Part shown: positions 10,443-20,341 of the stretch, piece after piece
Layout of the letters: each line of letters starts with the position of its first letter
Position numbering within the stretch: position 1 is the stretch's first letter
Source of the DNA: a bacterium
GTDB taxonomy: Bacteria; UBA8248; JACPRG01; G963555815
NCBI GenBank assembly: GCA_965261595.1
Contig: CBDHDG010000006.1
Location: 160,001 to 224,000, forward strand
Direction of reading: 5' to 3'
Length of the DNA: 64,000 nt
Program-made: the position numbers and the translations under genes
The notes under the pieces: generated by a model
Told to the model about the DNA's origin: nothing
The model's input: the letters and a program-made list of their open reading frames with translations, nothing else
Databases searched by the model: none

Positions 10443-11093
10443 CTAATACAACTCCCGAATCTTGCCCAGGACCTCCTCGACCGGCATCACGTCCGCGTAC
10501 TTCGTCCCCATGTCGAACAGGTTCGAGCGGTGCGGGGCCTCGGCCCGATCTCCCACGCATTCCTCCGGGACGATGGTCCGGAACCCGTACTGGAGGGAGT
10601 CCACGACCGTGGCGCGGACGCATCCGCTCGTCGTCGCCCCGGTGACGATCAGGGTATCCACCCCCAGGGCGATCAGCTCGCTGGCCAGGGCGGTCCCGAA
10701 AAAGGCCGACGGGTACTTCTTGACGATCAGGCGCTCGGACGGCCGGCGGCCGAGCCGCCCGTCCAATTCCACGTCCCGGGCGCCTTCCTTGAGGGTGTCG
10801 AGGGACGGGAATTTTTCCACCCAGACCCCCGCGTCGCTCAAGTCGTGGCGATAAGCCACCGATGTGAAGAAGACGGTCAGCCCTTTGTCCCGCGCCGCGT
10901 CCAGGAGACGCCGGTTCTGCTTCACCACTTCGGTCAGGTCCGTCCCCAGCGTGCAGCTCGGATCCGTGAACCCGTAGCTCAGATCCACCACCACAACGGC
11001 GGCCTTCCGACCGAATCCCACCTTGCCCGTGATTCCGGCCTTCTGATAAAGGTCCCGGGCCTCTTCGAACCCGCCCTTGTCCGCCACGGCCAC
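10443..11093 (-). CDS. Isochorismatase/cysteine hydrolase family (N-carbamoylsarcosine amidase / maleamate amidohydrolase-like)
   Basis: VVVVD, KKYPSAFFGT and GATTSGCVRAT give the D-K-C catalytic triad. Confidence 0.88.
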   Translation of the reverse strand: MAVADKGGFEEARDLYQKAGITGKVGFGRKAAVVVVDLSYGFTDPSCTLGTDLTEVVKQNRRLLDAARDKGLTVFFTSVAYRHDLSDAGVWVEKFPSLDTLKEGARDVELDGRLGRRPSERLIVKKYPSAFFGTALASELIALGVDTLIVTGATTSGCVRATVVDSLQYGFRTIVPEECVGDRAEAPHRSNLFDMGTKYADVMPVEEVLGKIRELY

Positions 11094-11200
11094 CTCCTAG
11101 TTTTCGGGTGGATGGTTCCCAAGCCTGTAGAATCTTATGAAGACAGACGGCTAAACTCAAGAGACCTTGCACTTCGGGACGAAGGAAAGGAACCCTCTGG

Positions 11201-12310
11201 ATGAGCGAAACCCGCCGCGGCGTGTTGCTCCTGGAACCCTTCTACGGCGGCTCCCACAAGGCCTTCGTGGACGGGCTGAAGCGGCATTCCCGCCACCGCG
11301 TCGAGGCCCTCACGCTCCCGGATCGCTTTTGGAAGTGGCGGATGCGGGGGGCCGCCATCCTGATGGCGGACCAGATGAAGAAATCCCTCCGGAGGCCGCC
11401 CGAGGTCATCCTGGCCTCCGACATGCTCAGCGTCGCCGACCTCAAGGCCCTGCTGGGCCCGGCCGCTCCTCCCATCCTCCTTTACATGCATGAGAACCAG
11501 CTTTCCTACCCCCTCCCGGAAGGCGGGCGCGGGGATCTCCAGTTCGCCTTCACCAACGTGACTTCCTGTCTGGCCGCGGAGAAGGTGCTGTTCAACTCGG
11601 AATTCCACCGGGAAACTTTTCTGAAGGCCCTGCCCGCGCTGTTCCGGATGATGCCCGATTGCAGACCCAAAGGGGTCCCCGAGCGGATTCGGGAGAAGAG
11701 CTCGGTCCTCCCGCTGGGATGCGATCTCGCCGCGTTCGACTCCATCCGGAAGCCCGCAAGCCGTCCGGGCCCTCCGATCATCCTGTGGAATCACCGTTGG
11801 GAATTCGACAAAGCGCCCGAGGATTTCTTCGAAGCGCTGTTCCGGTTGCAGGCGGACCGCCTCCGGTTCAGGGTCGCCGTGTGCGGAGAAACCCATCAAG
11901 CAAAACCCAAAATTTTTCTGGAGGCGAAGAGAAGGCTGCGGCGGCGGTTGGTTCACTTCGGCTTCGAGCCGTCCCGGGCGCGCTACGCGCGGCTGTTGTC
12001 CGGATCCGACATTGCGGTCTCGACGGCCATTCAGGAGAACTTCGGCCTTTCCGCCGTCGAGGCCATGTACGCCGGCTGTTATCCCCTCCTTCCCCGCCGC
12101 TTGAGCTACCCCGAGATCCTGCCGGCGGAATTTCACGCCGGACACCTCTACGACGGCCCCGAGGACCTCTACGCGCGGCTGAGCACACTCTTGCGGGAAG
12201 GCGCAACCTTCGACCCGGAGCGATTGCGGCGGCGCATGGCCGTCTATGACTGGAGAGCGATGGCCCGGCGGTATGACGACCTGTTCGATGGATGCGGAAG
12301 AGCCCCTTGA
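11201..12310 (+). CDS. DUF3524/GTDC1-like GT-B glycosyltransferase
   Basis: EPFYGGSH, WKWRMR, YMHENQLSYP, WNHRWEFDK and ENFGLSAVEA motifs. Confidence 0.85.
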   Translation: MSETRRGVLLLEPFYGGSHKAFVDGLKRHSRHRVEALTLPDRFWKWRMRGAAILMADQMKKSLRRPPEVILASDMLSVADLKALLGPAAPPILLYMHENQLSYPLPEGGRGDLQFAFTNVTSCLAAEKVLFNSEFHRETFLKALPALFRMMPDCRPKGVPERIREKSSVLPLGCDLAAFDSIRKPASRPGPPIILWNHRWEFDKAPEDFFEALFRLQADRLRFRVAVCGETHQAKPKIFLEAKRRLRRRLVHFGFEPSRARYARLLSGSDIAVSTAIQENFGLSAVEAMYAGCYPLLPRRLSYPEILPAEFHAGHLYDGPEDLYARLSTLLREGATFDPERLRRRMAVYDWRAMARRYDDLFDGCGRAP

Positions 12311-12355
12311 ATCCATTCCAAGGCCCCGCCCGAAGACGACGCACGGAGGCCCCGT

Positions 12356-12979
12356 TCAAACCCGCTCGAAAACCGCCCGGTGGATAGGATGGCCGGCCCC
12401 GGCCATTTTGACCTCGAAGTTGGTCGGGACATATCCCGCCCGCTCCATTCGCCCCGCCGGGTCGTCCAAAGGCCGGAACGCCGGGTTCTCCCCCACCATC
12501 GCCGTAATCACCCCGAAGTACTCTTCCACGTCGGAAGCGATGTAAAGCTGTCCCGACGGGATCAGGGTGCGCGCGAAGTCTTCCAGGAGAATCGGCGTAA
12601 AAATCCGCCGCTTCTTATGGCGCTTTTTCCACCAGGGGTCCGGGAAATAAACGTGGTAGGCCAGAACGGAGGCCGGCGGAATCACGTCATGAATAAGGGG
12701 GAGCGCGTCGGTGATGACAATCCGGACGTTTCGGAGGTCGCGCTTTTGGATCCGGGGCCGCGCGATTCGGAAATAGCTCAGCTTTCGCTCGATGCCGAAG
12801 TAGTTCACCTCCGGAAACCGCTCGCCAGCGGTGATGAGAAACCGCCCCTTGCCGAATCCCACCTCGATCTCGACCGGGCGGTCGTTGCCGAATAATTCGG
12901 CCCAGCGCGGCCGCTTCGCGAGATCTTGGAGGGGGACTTCGGGGTCGAAGGGTTCCTGGGCGTGGTTCGAGGGTGCCAT
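12356..12979 (-). CDS. trmB: tRNA (guanine-N7)-methyltransferase
   Basis: EIEVGFGKG, FPDPWWKKRHKKRR and TNFE motifs; GAAGGA upstream of ATG 12979. Confidence 0.92.
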   Translation of the reverse strand: MAPSNHAQEPFDPEVPLQDLAKRPRWAELFGNDRPVEIEVGFGKGRFLITAGERFPEVNYFGIERKLSYFRIARPRIQKRDLRNVRIVITDALPLIHDVIPPASVLAYHVYFPDPWWKKRHKKRRIFTPILLEDFARTLIPSGQLYIASDVEEYFGVITAMVGENPAFRPLDDPAGRMERAGYVPTNFEVKMAGAGHPIHRAVFERV

Positions 12980-13127
12980 GAGCATCCTTCGCCCCGCACA
13001 GATCCGGACGGCCGGGCCGAATCCGGCGCGACGCGGCGGGGAGAGGGGGGGGGGGAACAAAAAAAGGGCCGGCGACCCGAGCAATCCGCTCCGGGCGCCG
13101 GCCCTGGACCTCTTCCTCACGGGAAGG

Positions 13128-14015
13128 TCAGTTGAGAATGTCCTTGAGCATGGCCATCCGGCCCTGGCCCCGCAGGCGCCTGAGGGCCTGCTTCTCCAAC
13201 TGTCGGATCCGCTCGCGGGACAGGTTCATCTGCTCGCCGATCTCCTGGAGCGTCATCGGCTCGCCCGCGAAACCGTAGCGCATCCGGAGAATTTCCCCTT
13301 CGCGCTTGGGCAGGGTGGCGAGGGCCGTCAGGAGCTGATTCGAAATGGCCGAGCGGTTCAACCGATCCTCGGCCAGATTGTCGTTTCCGTCGGTGAGCAG
13401 GTCAACGTGATTGATGCTGTCCGCATCCCCGAGGGGCGCATCGAGAGACAGGGCCTCCCGGGCGGCCTTGAGCATCACAACCTCCTCGGGAAGCTCGTCC
13501 ATCGCCTTGGCGATCGCCTCCAGGGAAGGCTCCTCTCCCGAGGCCTGCTCCATCTCGCGGATCATTTCCCGGACCTTCAACCGCTTCTGGGCCTGCTTGA
13601 CCGAGAGGTGAACCGCACCGCCTTGGGAGGCGATGGCGTGAACCATGGCCTGGCGAATCCACCACACGGCGTACGTGATGAAACGAACGCCCCGCTCCGG
13701 GTCGAACCGCTTGGCGGCCTCGATCAACCCGATGTTGCCTTCATGGATGAGGTCCGCCATGGTGACGCCGCAACCCTTGTACCGGTTAGCCACGCTCACC
13801 ACATAGCGGAGGTTGCTCCGGATGAAAAGCTCCCAGGATTTCTTCTGGCCCCGCTTTGCGCGCTTGATGACCTTCTGCTCCATCTCCCGATCCAGGACCG
13901 GGATCTCACGGATGGAGGCCAGGTAAGCGCTCAACGCATCGGGCGCAACTGTCTGGGCGCGCTGCTTTTCCGGAGCCTCTTCTTGCTTCTCGACCTTGTC
14001 CAACATACCACTCAT
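13128..14015 (-). CDS. Sigma-70 family RNA polymerase sigma factor (no region 1.1; RpoS/RpoH-sized)
   Basis: Region 2 DLIHEGNIGLIEAAKRFDPERGVRFITYAVWWIRQ and region 4 TLQEIG...SRERIRQLE; start uncertain. Confidence 0.9.
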   Translation of the reverse strand: MSGMLDKVEKQEEAPEKQRAQTVAPDALSAYLASIREIPVLDREMEQKVIKRAKRGQKKSWELFIRSNLRYVVSVANRYKGCGVTMADLIHEGNIGLIEAAKRFDPERGVRFITYAVWWIRQAMVHAIASQGGAVHLSVKQAQKRLKVREMIREMEQASGEEPSLEAIAKAMDELPEEVVMLKAAREALSLDAPLGDADSINHVDLLTDGNDNLAEDRLNRSAISNQLLTALATLPKREGEILRMRYGFAGEPMTLQEIGEQMNLSRERIRQLEKQALRRLRGQGRMAMLKDILN

Positions 14016-14409
14016 TGCTCGTGCCCTCGATTCTGAAAGAGAATTGACTGCTGATTTTGCAAAACGCAAAACAAAGAGCAGGTGCAATCTCTCTCGATCG
14101 CTCCCTGCTCCCACCCATCCTACGCTGACATTGATCGCCAATCACCAATCCTGTGGTTGTGCTTATCTCCTCTTCCGATGACCACTCCGACATCCGACAG
14201 AGATAACCTGCTTTTCTTAAAGTAGTTTATTCACGTTCATATGTCAATCATTAAATAGGTATTTCGCCTATTTTTTCTGGGTCTGGAAGCCGAATTATCG
14301 TATAAAAAACCAAATATCAATAAGTTACATAAAGACCGATCCAATTCCACCACCACGCCGGATCCCGCGTTTTCATCGGGATCGATTCACAACCACTTGT
14401 TTTCCGGTC

Positions 14410-15072
14410 TTACAGCATGCTCGCAAGCCGCTCCCGCCACTCCGGAACAATGCGTTTTATGATCTCCAGAACTTTCAGCCGGGCGGTTTCCGCCTTTTCC
14501 TGCTTTTCCTCTGTCGTGGCGAATTCCTCCAGGATGACGCGCCCCAGCCGCGAGTGGAAAACCTCATCCTTCTGGATCTTGCGATACAAGGCCGCCGTCC
14601 GCGGCTCGAAAGGCTCGATCACATCGATGAAGGCGACATTCGCCCAGTAGGCCAGGATGGTTTCCTCCGTGTAGTTGTTCATCATGATGCGCTCGGTGAT
14701 GTCCCACGGGGTGCAATCCATGAAGAAATCAAACAGGTCGCGATAGGCGTCCAAAGGCTCCCAATCCCACGGCTTCTCTTCCCCGATCTCCTTCAAGCGG
14801 GCCTGGACCCATCGAACGTGCCGGAACTCGTCATCCACCTGCCGGGCCAGAAGGTGCTGGGCCTTGAGGGGCGAGTTGGGAATCCACGCGGCCGAAACCT
14901 CCGCGACGCGCAACTCGTTGTAAAGACCCTGCTTCAGACGGAGGCGAACCATCTTCTGGACCTTCACCGGGTCCTCCGAGCGGATGGACATGAACGATTT
15001 TTCAACCTCCAGCTCTTCATAAAAGACCCGGTTGCGCTTTTCCACTTCCTTCACGAACGTCTTGCTGTCCAC
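14410..15072 (-). CDS. Ferritin-like diiron four-helix-bundle protein (paralog 1)
   Basis: E...DDEFRH...E...DEVFH ligand pattern; GTG start at 15072 with GGAGGA 8 nt upstream; C-terminal ATTEEKQ shared with the paralogs at 43.5-45 kb. Confidence 0.75.
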   Translation of the reverse strand: MDSKTFVKEVEKRNRVFYEELEVEKSFMSIRSEDPVKVQKMVRLRLKQGLYNELRVAEVSAAWIPNSPLKAQHLLARQVDDEFRHVRWVQARLKEIGEEKPWDWEPLDAYRDLFDFFMDCTPWDITERIMMNNYTEETILAYWANVAFIDVIEPFEPRTAALYRKIQKDEVFHSRLGRVILEEFATTEEKQEKAETARLKVLEIIKRIVPEWRERLASML

Positions 15073-15094
15073 GAAACATGTCCTCCGCGCCAAC

Positions 15095-15510
15095 ACTGAT
15101 CGGGAATTTTCTCAGGAACATGCTACATCGAAAAACGGAAATTTCAAGGGCCGGGAATTCAAGGACCGACTGGCATCTCCTTATTGACAGGTCCCGCACC
15201 GCATGATGATATACGGAAATTCGAGATTTGACCCTTAGCAGCGGCGCGGAACAAGCCGGAGGGAGGCCCGCGATGTCTTCTCACCCAGCACGGACGCCGG
15301 CCGACTGATCGGGAATTTTCTCAGGAACATGCTACATCGAAAAACGGAAATTTCAAGGGCCGGGAATTCAAGGACCGACTGGCATCTCCTTATTGACAGG
15401 TCCCGCACCGCATGATGATATACGGAAATTCGAGATTTGACCCTTAGCAGCGGCGCGGAACAAGCCGGAGGGAGGCCCGCGATGTCTTCTCACCCAGCAC
15501 GGACGCCGGC
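15095..15510. repeat. Tandem direct duplication (207-bp copies, period 209) of the divergent promoter region and first codons of the Mo-hydroxylase gene
   Basis: 15095-15301 appears identical to 15304-15510; each copy has TTGACA, a GGAGG RBS and ATGTCTTCTCACCCAGCACGGACGCCGGC. Confidence 0.95.
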
Positions 15511-17773
15511 TGGCGGCGGACCTTTTTCCGTGATCGGCTCGAGCCCGCCCAAGGCGGACGCTTTGACCAAGGCCGCGGGGACGGCCCGCTACGCGGATGA
15601 TTACGCCGGCCCCGGCCAACTCCACGTCAAGGCCCTCCGAAGCCCCCACGCCCACGCCCGCATCCTCATGATCGACACCTCGAAAGCCCGAGCCATGCCC
15701 GGCGTCGCGGACCTCGTCACGGCGGCCGACGTGCCGGGGGAGAGCCTCATCGGCATCACCGTGACGGACCGGCCGGTCCTCGCGGCGGAGAAAGTCCGGT
15801 TCATCGGCGAGCCGATCGCCGCCGTGGCGGCTGAAACCCCCTGGCAGGCCGATCGGGCCACGGCCGCCGTCGAGGTCGAATACGAGGCCCTGCCCGAGGT
15901 CTTCGATCCGGAAGAGGCCCTGCGCGATGGAGCGCCCCTCCTGCACGAAGACCGCCCGGAGGGGAACCTGTTGACCGAATGGAAGGTGAGGCGGGGGGAC
16001 GTGGAAGCGGCCTTCCAATCCGCGGCGGCGGCCGCGGAGGAAACCTATGAAACCCAGCCCATCGAGCACGCTTACATGGAGCCCGAATCGGGCTTCGCCC
16101 ACCTGGACGCGGAGGGCCGCATGGTCCTTCACACCTGCACACAATCCCCCTACACCTTTCGGTCGGAAATCGCCCGGGTCCTGGGGTGCGATCCGGAGCG
16201 GGTTCGCGTCCTCCACACGGAGACCGGAGGCGGATTCGGCGGGAAACTGGAAATCTCCCTCCAGGCCATTCTGGCCCTGTTGGCCCTTCGGCTGGGCCGC
16301 CGGGTCAAGTGGACGTATTCCATGGAGGAATCCTACCTCTCCACCTCCAAGCGCCACCCGCTCAAAATGCGGTGCAGACTTGCGGCGGACGCGCGGGGAA
16401 AGCTCTTGGCGATGGACATGGACATCCTCGGGAATTGCGGCCCGTACGGCGGGAGCAGCATCGCCGTCATTGCCCGGACCGCCGTCCACGCGACGGGACC
16501 TTACTTCATTCCCAACGTCCGGACGCGCTCCCGCTCCGTCTACACCAACAACCCCATTCAAGGGGGCCAGATGCGGGGGTTCGGCATTCCCCAGTGCGCC
16601 TTCGCCCTCGAGCAGCAAATGGACGTTCTGGCCGACCGCCTGGGGATCGACCCGCTGGACTTCCGCCGCCGCAATGTCCTGGACGTCGGGATGGAGACCC
16701 CGACGGGACAACGTCTGGAGAGCAGCGTCGGGATGAGGGCCTCGCTGGACGCGTTGCGCCCGGCCTATGACCGGATGATCGCCCGGGCCAAAACCGAATC
16801 CGCCGACGGACGCCGGCTGGGCGTCGGGTTGGGGGGGATGTGGTACGGCATCGGGAAAACGGGCATGCCCAACGCCTCCACGGTTCGGGTGGACATCGAA
16901 TCGGACGGCGGGGTCCTGGTTTACTCCGATTGCGCCGACATCGGGCAAGGCTCGGACATGGTCATCCGGATGATCTGCGCCGAGACGCTGGGCGCGCCGC
17001 TGGATTCGGTGCGTCTCCATGCGCCCGACACCGACCTGACGCCCAATTCGGGGAGCACGTGCGCCAGCCGCCAGACCTATGTCACCGGAGAAGCCGTCCA
17101 CCGCGCGGCGAATGACGCCTTCGAAAACCTCGTTCGGGCGGCCGCTGACCGGCTGGAGGTTCCTTCAGATCTCGTTCGCTGGGAGGGGGACCGGGTTTTT
17201 GTCTCCACCCACCCGGAGCGATCGATTTCCCTGGAAAACCTCAACGGCGGCGGCAAGACCGTCGTCACCGGAGAGGGGGTTTTCAACCCCGACACAACGG
17301 CCCTCGACCGGGAGACCGGAACCGGCAATCCCTACGGCGCGTATGCCTTCGGCGCGCAGGTGGCCTTGGTCGAGGTGGACCCCGAGGTGGGGAGGGTGGA
17401 CGTCCTGGAGATGTGCGCGGCCCATGACGTCGGACGGTCGATCCACAAGGTCAACACCGAAGGCCAGATCGACGGGGGCATCGCCATGGGCGTGGGGCAG
17501 GCCCTGATGGAGAACTACGTCCACCTGAAGACGCCGTCGCTGACCGATTACCTCCTGCCGACCTCCGCGGATGTTCCCGAGGTGACCTCCGTTCTGGTCG
17601 AAGACCCCGAGCCGACGGGTCCGTTCGGGGCCAAAGGGGTCGGAGAGCCGGCCATGATCCCGACCCTGGCCGCCATCGCCAACGGCGTCTACCGGGCGAC
17701 GGGGGTCCGCGTGGTCCGTCTGCCCATCAGCCCGCATGTGATTGCGAAGGCCAAAGCCCAGCCCGACGTGTAA
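15482..17773 (+). CDS. Xanthine dehydrogenase/CoxL-family molybdopterin-binding subunit
   Basis: RSPHAHARI, HAYMEPE, GGGFGGK, MRGFG, DIGQG, EGQIDGG and GAKGVGE motifs. Confidence 0.92.
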   Translation: MSSHPARTPAGGGPFSVIGSSPPKADALTKAAGTARYADDYAGPGQLHVKALRSPHAHARILMIDTSKARAMPGVADLVTAADVPGESLIGITVTDRPVLAAEKVRFIGEPIAAVAAETPWQADRATAAVEVEYEALPEVFDPEEALRDGAPLLHEDRPEGNLLTEWKVRRGDVEAAFQSAAAAAEETYETQPIEHAYMEPESGFAHLDAEGRMVLHTCTQSPYTFRSEIARVLGCDPERVRVLHTETGGGFGGKLEISLQAILALLALRLGRRVKWTYSMEESYLSTSKRHPLKMRCRLAADARGKLLAMDMDILGNCGPYGGSSIAVIARTAVHATGPYFIPNVRTRSRSVYTNNPIQGGQMRGFGIPQCAFALEQQMDVLADRLGIDPLDFRRRNVLDVGMETPTGQRLESSVGMRASLDALRPAYDRMIARAKTESADGRRLGVGLGGMWYGIGKTGMPNASTVRVDIESDGGVLVYSDCADIGQGSDMVIRMICAETLGAPLDSVRLHAPDTDLTPNSGSTCASRQTYVTGEAVHRAANDAFENLVRAAADRLEVPSDLVRWEGDRVFVSTHPERSISLENLNGGGKTVVTGEGVFNPDTTALDRETGTGNPYGAYAFGAQVALVEVDPEVGRVDVLEMCAAHDVGRSIHKVNTEGQIDGGIAMGVGQALMENYVHLKTPSLTDYLLPTSADVPEVTSVLVEDPEPTGPFGAKGVGEPAMIPTLAAIANGVYRATGVRVVRLPISPHVIAKAKAQPDV

Positions 17774-17868
17774 TTCCGTTTCAACGGTCCGGCCCCATGC
17801 GAGAGGCGTCTCCTTTCAGGACAACCGCGGGTCCGGGCGTGGATGAAACCGCATTTCAACGGGAAAAA

Positions 17869-18861
17869 ATGATCAACGGCCACACCGTCGTGGATGTCCA
17901 TCATCACTACATCCCGGGCGAGCTCCTTCATCACCTGGAAGACTTCCTGCCGGCCGACGTGACGACCACCCCGAAGGGGGACCGGGTCTCTTTTTGGCGG
18001 AACGGCATCGAGCTCCTGACGCCCGACACCATCATCATGCCCGACATGGACAAGCAGATCGCCGACATGGACGCGGGCGGGGTGGACATCGCGGTCAACT
18101 CCATCAGCAGCATCCAGGAGTTCTGCACGATGAAGATGGCGAAGGTGGTGAACGACGGGATGGCCGAGGTCCAGCGCAGACACCCCGACCGCGTCTGGGG
18201 CCTGATCCACGTCCCCCCCTTCGAAGACGGGGCGCTGGATGAAGTCGAGCGCGGGGCCAAGGACCTGGGCCTCAAAGGCCTTTGCGTAACAACGCACACA
18301 CAGGGGAAATACCTGGACGCGGAGGAGTACATGCCGCTGTTCCACAAGGCCCACGACCTGGGGCTGCCCATCGTCGTCCACGCCGCCACCATCCCGGCCG
18401 ACTACAAGCGGACCCTGGAGGCTTACGACCTCGCGCGATCCATGGGGCGGGTGTTGGACCACACGCTGGCGACCATCCGCCTCATCTTCAGCGATCACCT
18501 GCGGGAGCTTCCCAACTTGAAGTTCTTCCAGGGCCACCTGGGCGGGGCCATGTTCATCCTGCGGGGCCGGTTCGATCCCTCCTACAAGACCCACTGGAAT
18601 CCGGCCGAGGTCGAATACGACAAGTACATCGATCAGATGTACTTCGACACCGCGCCTCCTTTTTGGTACAAGGCGGAGGTCCGGTGCGCCATCGACACGC
18701 TGGGCGCCGACCACATCTGCTACGGGAGCGATTACCCCATCCAGCCGGACTGGATTGAACGCTCGCTGGACCTCATCACCGGCCAGGAAGGCCTCGATGA
18801 CGACGCCCTGGCCGACATTCTGGGGCGAAACGCCCTGCGGGGTTTCGGCGTGATCGATTAA
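17869..18861 (+). CDS. Amidohydrolase-2 family protein (ACMSD/decarboxylase-like)
   Basis: DVHHH, IVVH, GHLGG and YGSDYP motifs. Confidence 0.85.
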   Translation: MINGHTVVDVHHHYIPGELLHHLEDFLPADVTTTPKGDRVSFWRNGIELLTPDTIIMPDMDKQIADMDAGGVDIAVNSISSIQEFCTMKMAKVVNDGMAEVQRRHPDRVWGLIHVPPFEDGALDEVERGAKDLGLKGLCVTTHTQGKYLDAEEYMPLFHKAHDLGLPIVVHAATIPADYKRTLEAYDLARSMGRVLDHTLATIRLIFSDHLRELPNLKFFQGHLGGAMFILRGRFDPSYKTHWNPAEVEYDKYIDQMYFDTAPPFWYKAEVRCAIDTLGADHICYGSDYPIQPDWIERSLDLITGQEGLDDDALADILGRNALRGFGVID

Positions 18862-18928
18862 CGCAAGGCGACGCCCGGTCTCTCCGCTTCACCCGCGCGG
18901 ACCGGCGTTCCATCGGGAGGGCGCGAAG

Positions 18929-20341
18929 ATGCCCAAAGACCTGCGAAGTTACATCGACCTCCTCGACGAGCACCGGGAGCTCGTGCATGTAGAGAAGGAG
19001 GTCGACCCGGACAACAACATCGGCGCCCTCTGCCACCTGGCCCAAGAGCGGGCGCTGTGGATGAAGAAGATCAAGGGGCATCCCGGCTGGACGGCCCTGG
19101 CCCAGGCGCCCGCCAACTGGCGGCACATGGCCATGGCGTTCGGGATCAAGCAGGAAGAGCTGGTTTTTCACATCTCCAAATTATTGGCCGCCCCCCCGAC
19201 CGAGCCCGTCTTCCTGAACGGGGAGCCGGTCCCCTGCCAGGAAAAGGTGATCACCGGAGACGACGTGGACGTCCGGGCGCTTCCCGCCCACCTCCAAAGC
19301 CGGGAAGACGGCGGGAAATGCATCTCCGCCTCGATCTGCATCGTCAAAGACCCGGACACCGGCCAATACAACCTCTCCTACCACCGCATGATGCTCATGG
19401 GAAAAAAGCAGACGGGGTTCCTGATGCTTCCCCGGCACATGTGGAAGGTCTACAAAAAATACGAAGATCGGGACCAGCCCATGCCCATCGCCGCCGTGAT
19501 CGGCCACCACCCGGGGTTCGCCCTGGCGGGGGGGATCTCGGGGTCCGAGGAGATCGACGAAGTCCGCCTGGCGGGGACCTTCCTCGGCGAGCCCCTGCGG
19601 ATGGCGAAGGCCAAGACCATCGACCTCGAGGTTCCGGCCGACGCGGAGATCATCATCGAGGGGGAGATCCCGCCCAAGATCCGAAAGACCGAAGGGCCTT
19701 TTGGCGAGTTCCAGGGCTATTACCTGACCGGCGAGACGGACTCGCCCGTCTTCAACGTCAAGGCCATCACAATGCGCCGCGACGCCATCTACAAAATCGT
19801 GCAAAGCGCCTATAACACCGAAGCGGCGATCTTTCACCGCGTCCCGATGGCGGTCACCCTGTGGAACCGGCTCAAGCAGAACGAGGGGGGCATGACGATT
19901 CACAACATCAACGTCATTCCCACCAACTTCACGGTGATCATCCAGATGACGCCGGGCTTCGAGGGACAGGCCAAGAACACCCTGATGTCGGCCTTGTCCG
20001 GGGGCTACCTGCACCACAAGATCGCCATCGCCGTGGACAAGGACGTGGACCCTTTCGACATGAACGATGTCTTCTTCGCCATCTCCACCCGGGTCAACCC
20101 GGTGAGGGACGTCGTCATCATTCCGGGCGTCCGCAACCACGTGATGGATCCCTCCATCACCATGGTGGACCCGGAGCGGGATTACATGACCAAGGTGCAG
20201 AGCGTCGGATCGAAGATGTTCATCGACGCGACCAAGCCGTCTTTGAGCCAACCGGCCCGGGAGCGCTTCGACCGCGTCGTCCCCACGGGCTGGGACGAGT
20301 TCGACCCGGAGGCGTTTTTCCCGGATGAGAAGCCCTGGTAA
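18929..20341 (+). CDS. UbiD family prFMN-dependent (de)carboxylase
   Basis: NLSYHR, VPADAEIIIEG, EGPFGEFQGYY, VDKDVD and KMFIDATK motifs. Confidence 0.9.
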   Translation: MPKDLRSYIDLLDEHRELVHVEKEVDPDNNIGALCHLAQERALWMKKIKGHPGWTALAQAPANWRHMAMAFGIKQEELVFHISKLLAAPPTEPVFLNGEPVPCQEKVITGDDVDVRALPAHLQSREDGGKCISASICIVKDPDTGQYNLSYHRMMLMGKKQTGFLMLPRHMWKVYKKYEDRDQPMPIAAVIGHHPGFALAGGISGSEEIDEVRLAGTFLGEPLRMAKAKTIDLEVPADAEIIIEGEIPPKIRKTEGPFGEFQGYYLTGETDSPVFNVKAITMRRDAIYKIVQSAYNTEAAIFHRVPMAVTLWNRLKQNEGGMTIHNINVIPTNFTVIIQMTPGFEGQAKNTLMSALSGGYLHHKIAIAVDKDVDPFDMNDVFFAISTRVNPVRDVVIIPGVRNHVMDPSITMVDPERDYMTKVQSVGSKMFIDATKPSLSQPARERFDRVVPTGWDEFDPEAFFPDEKPW

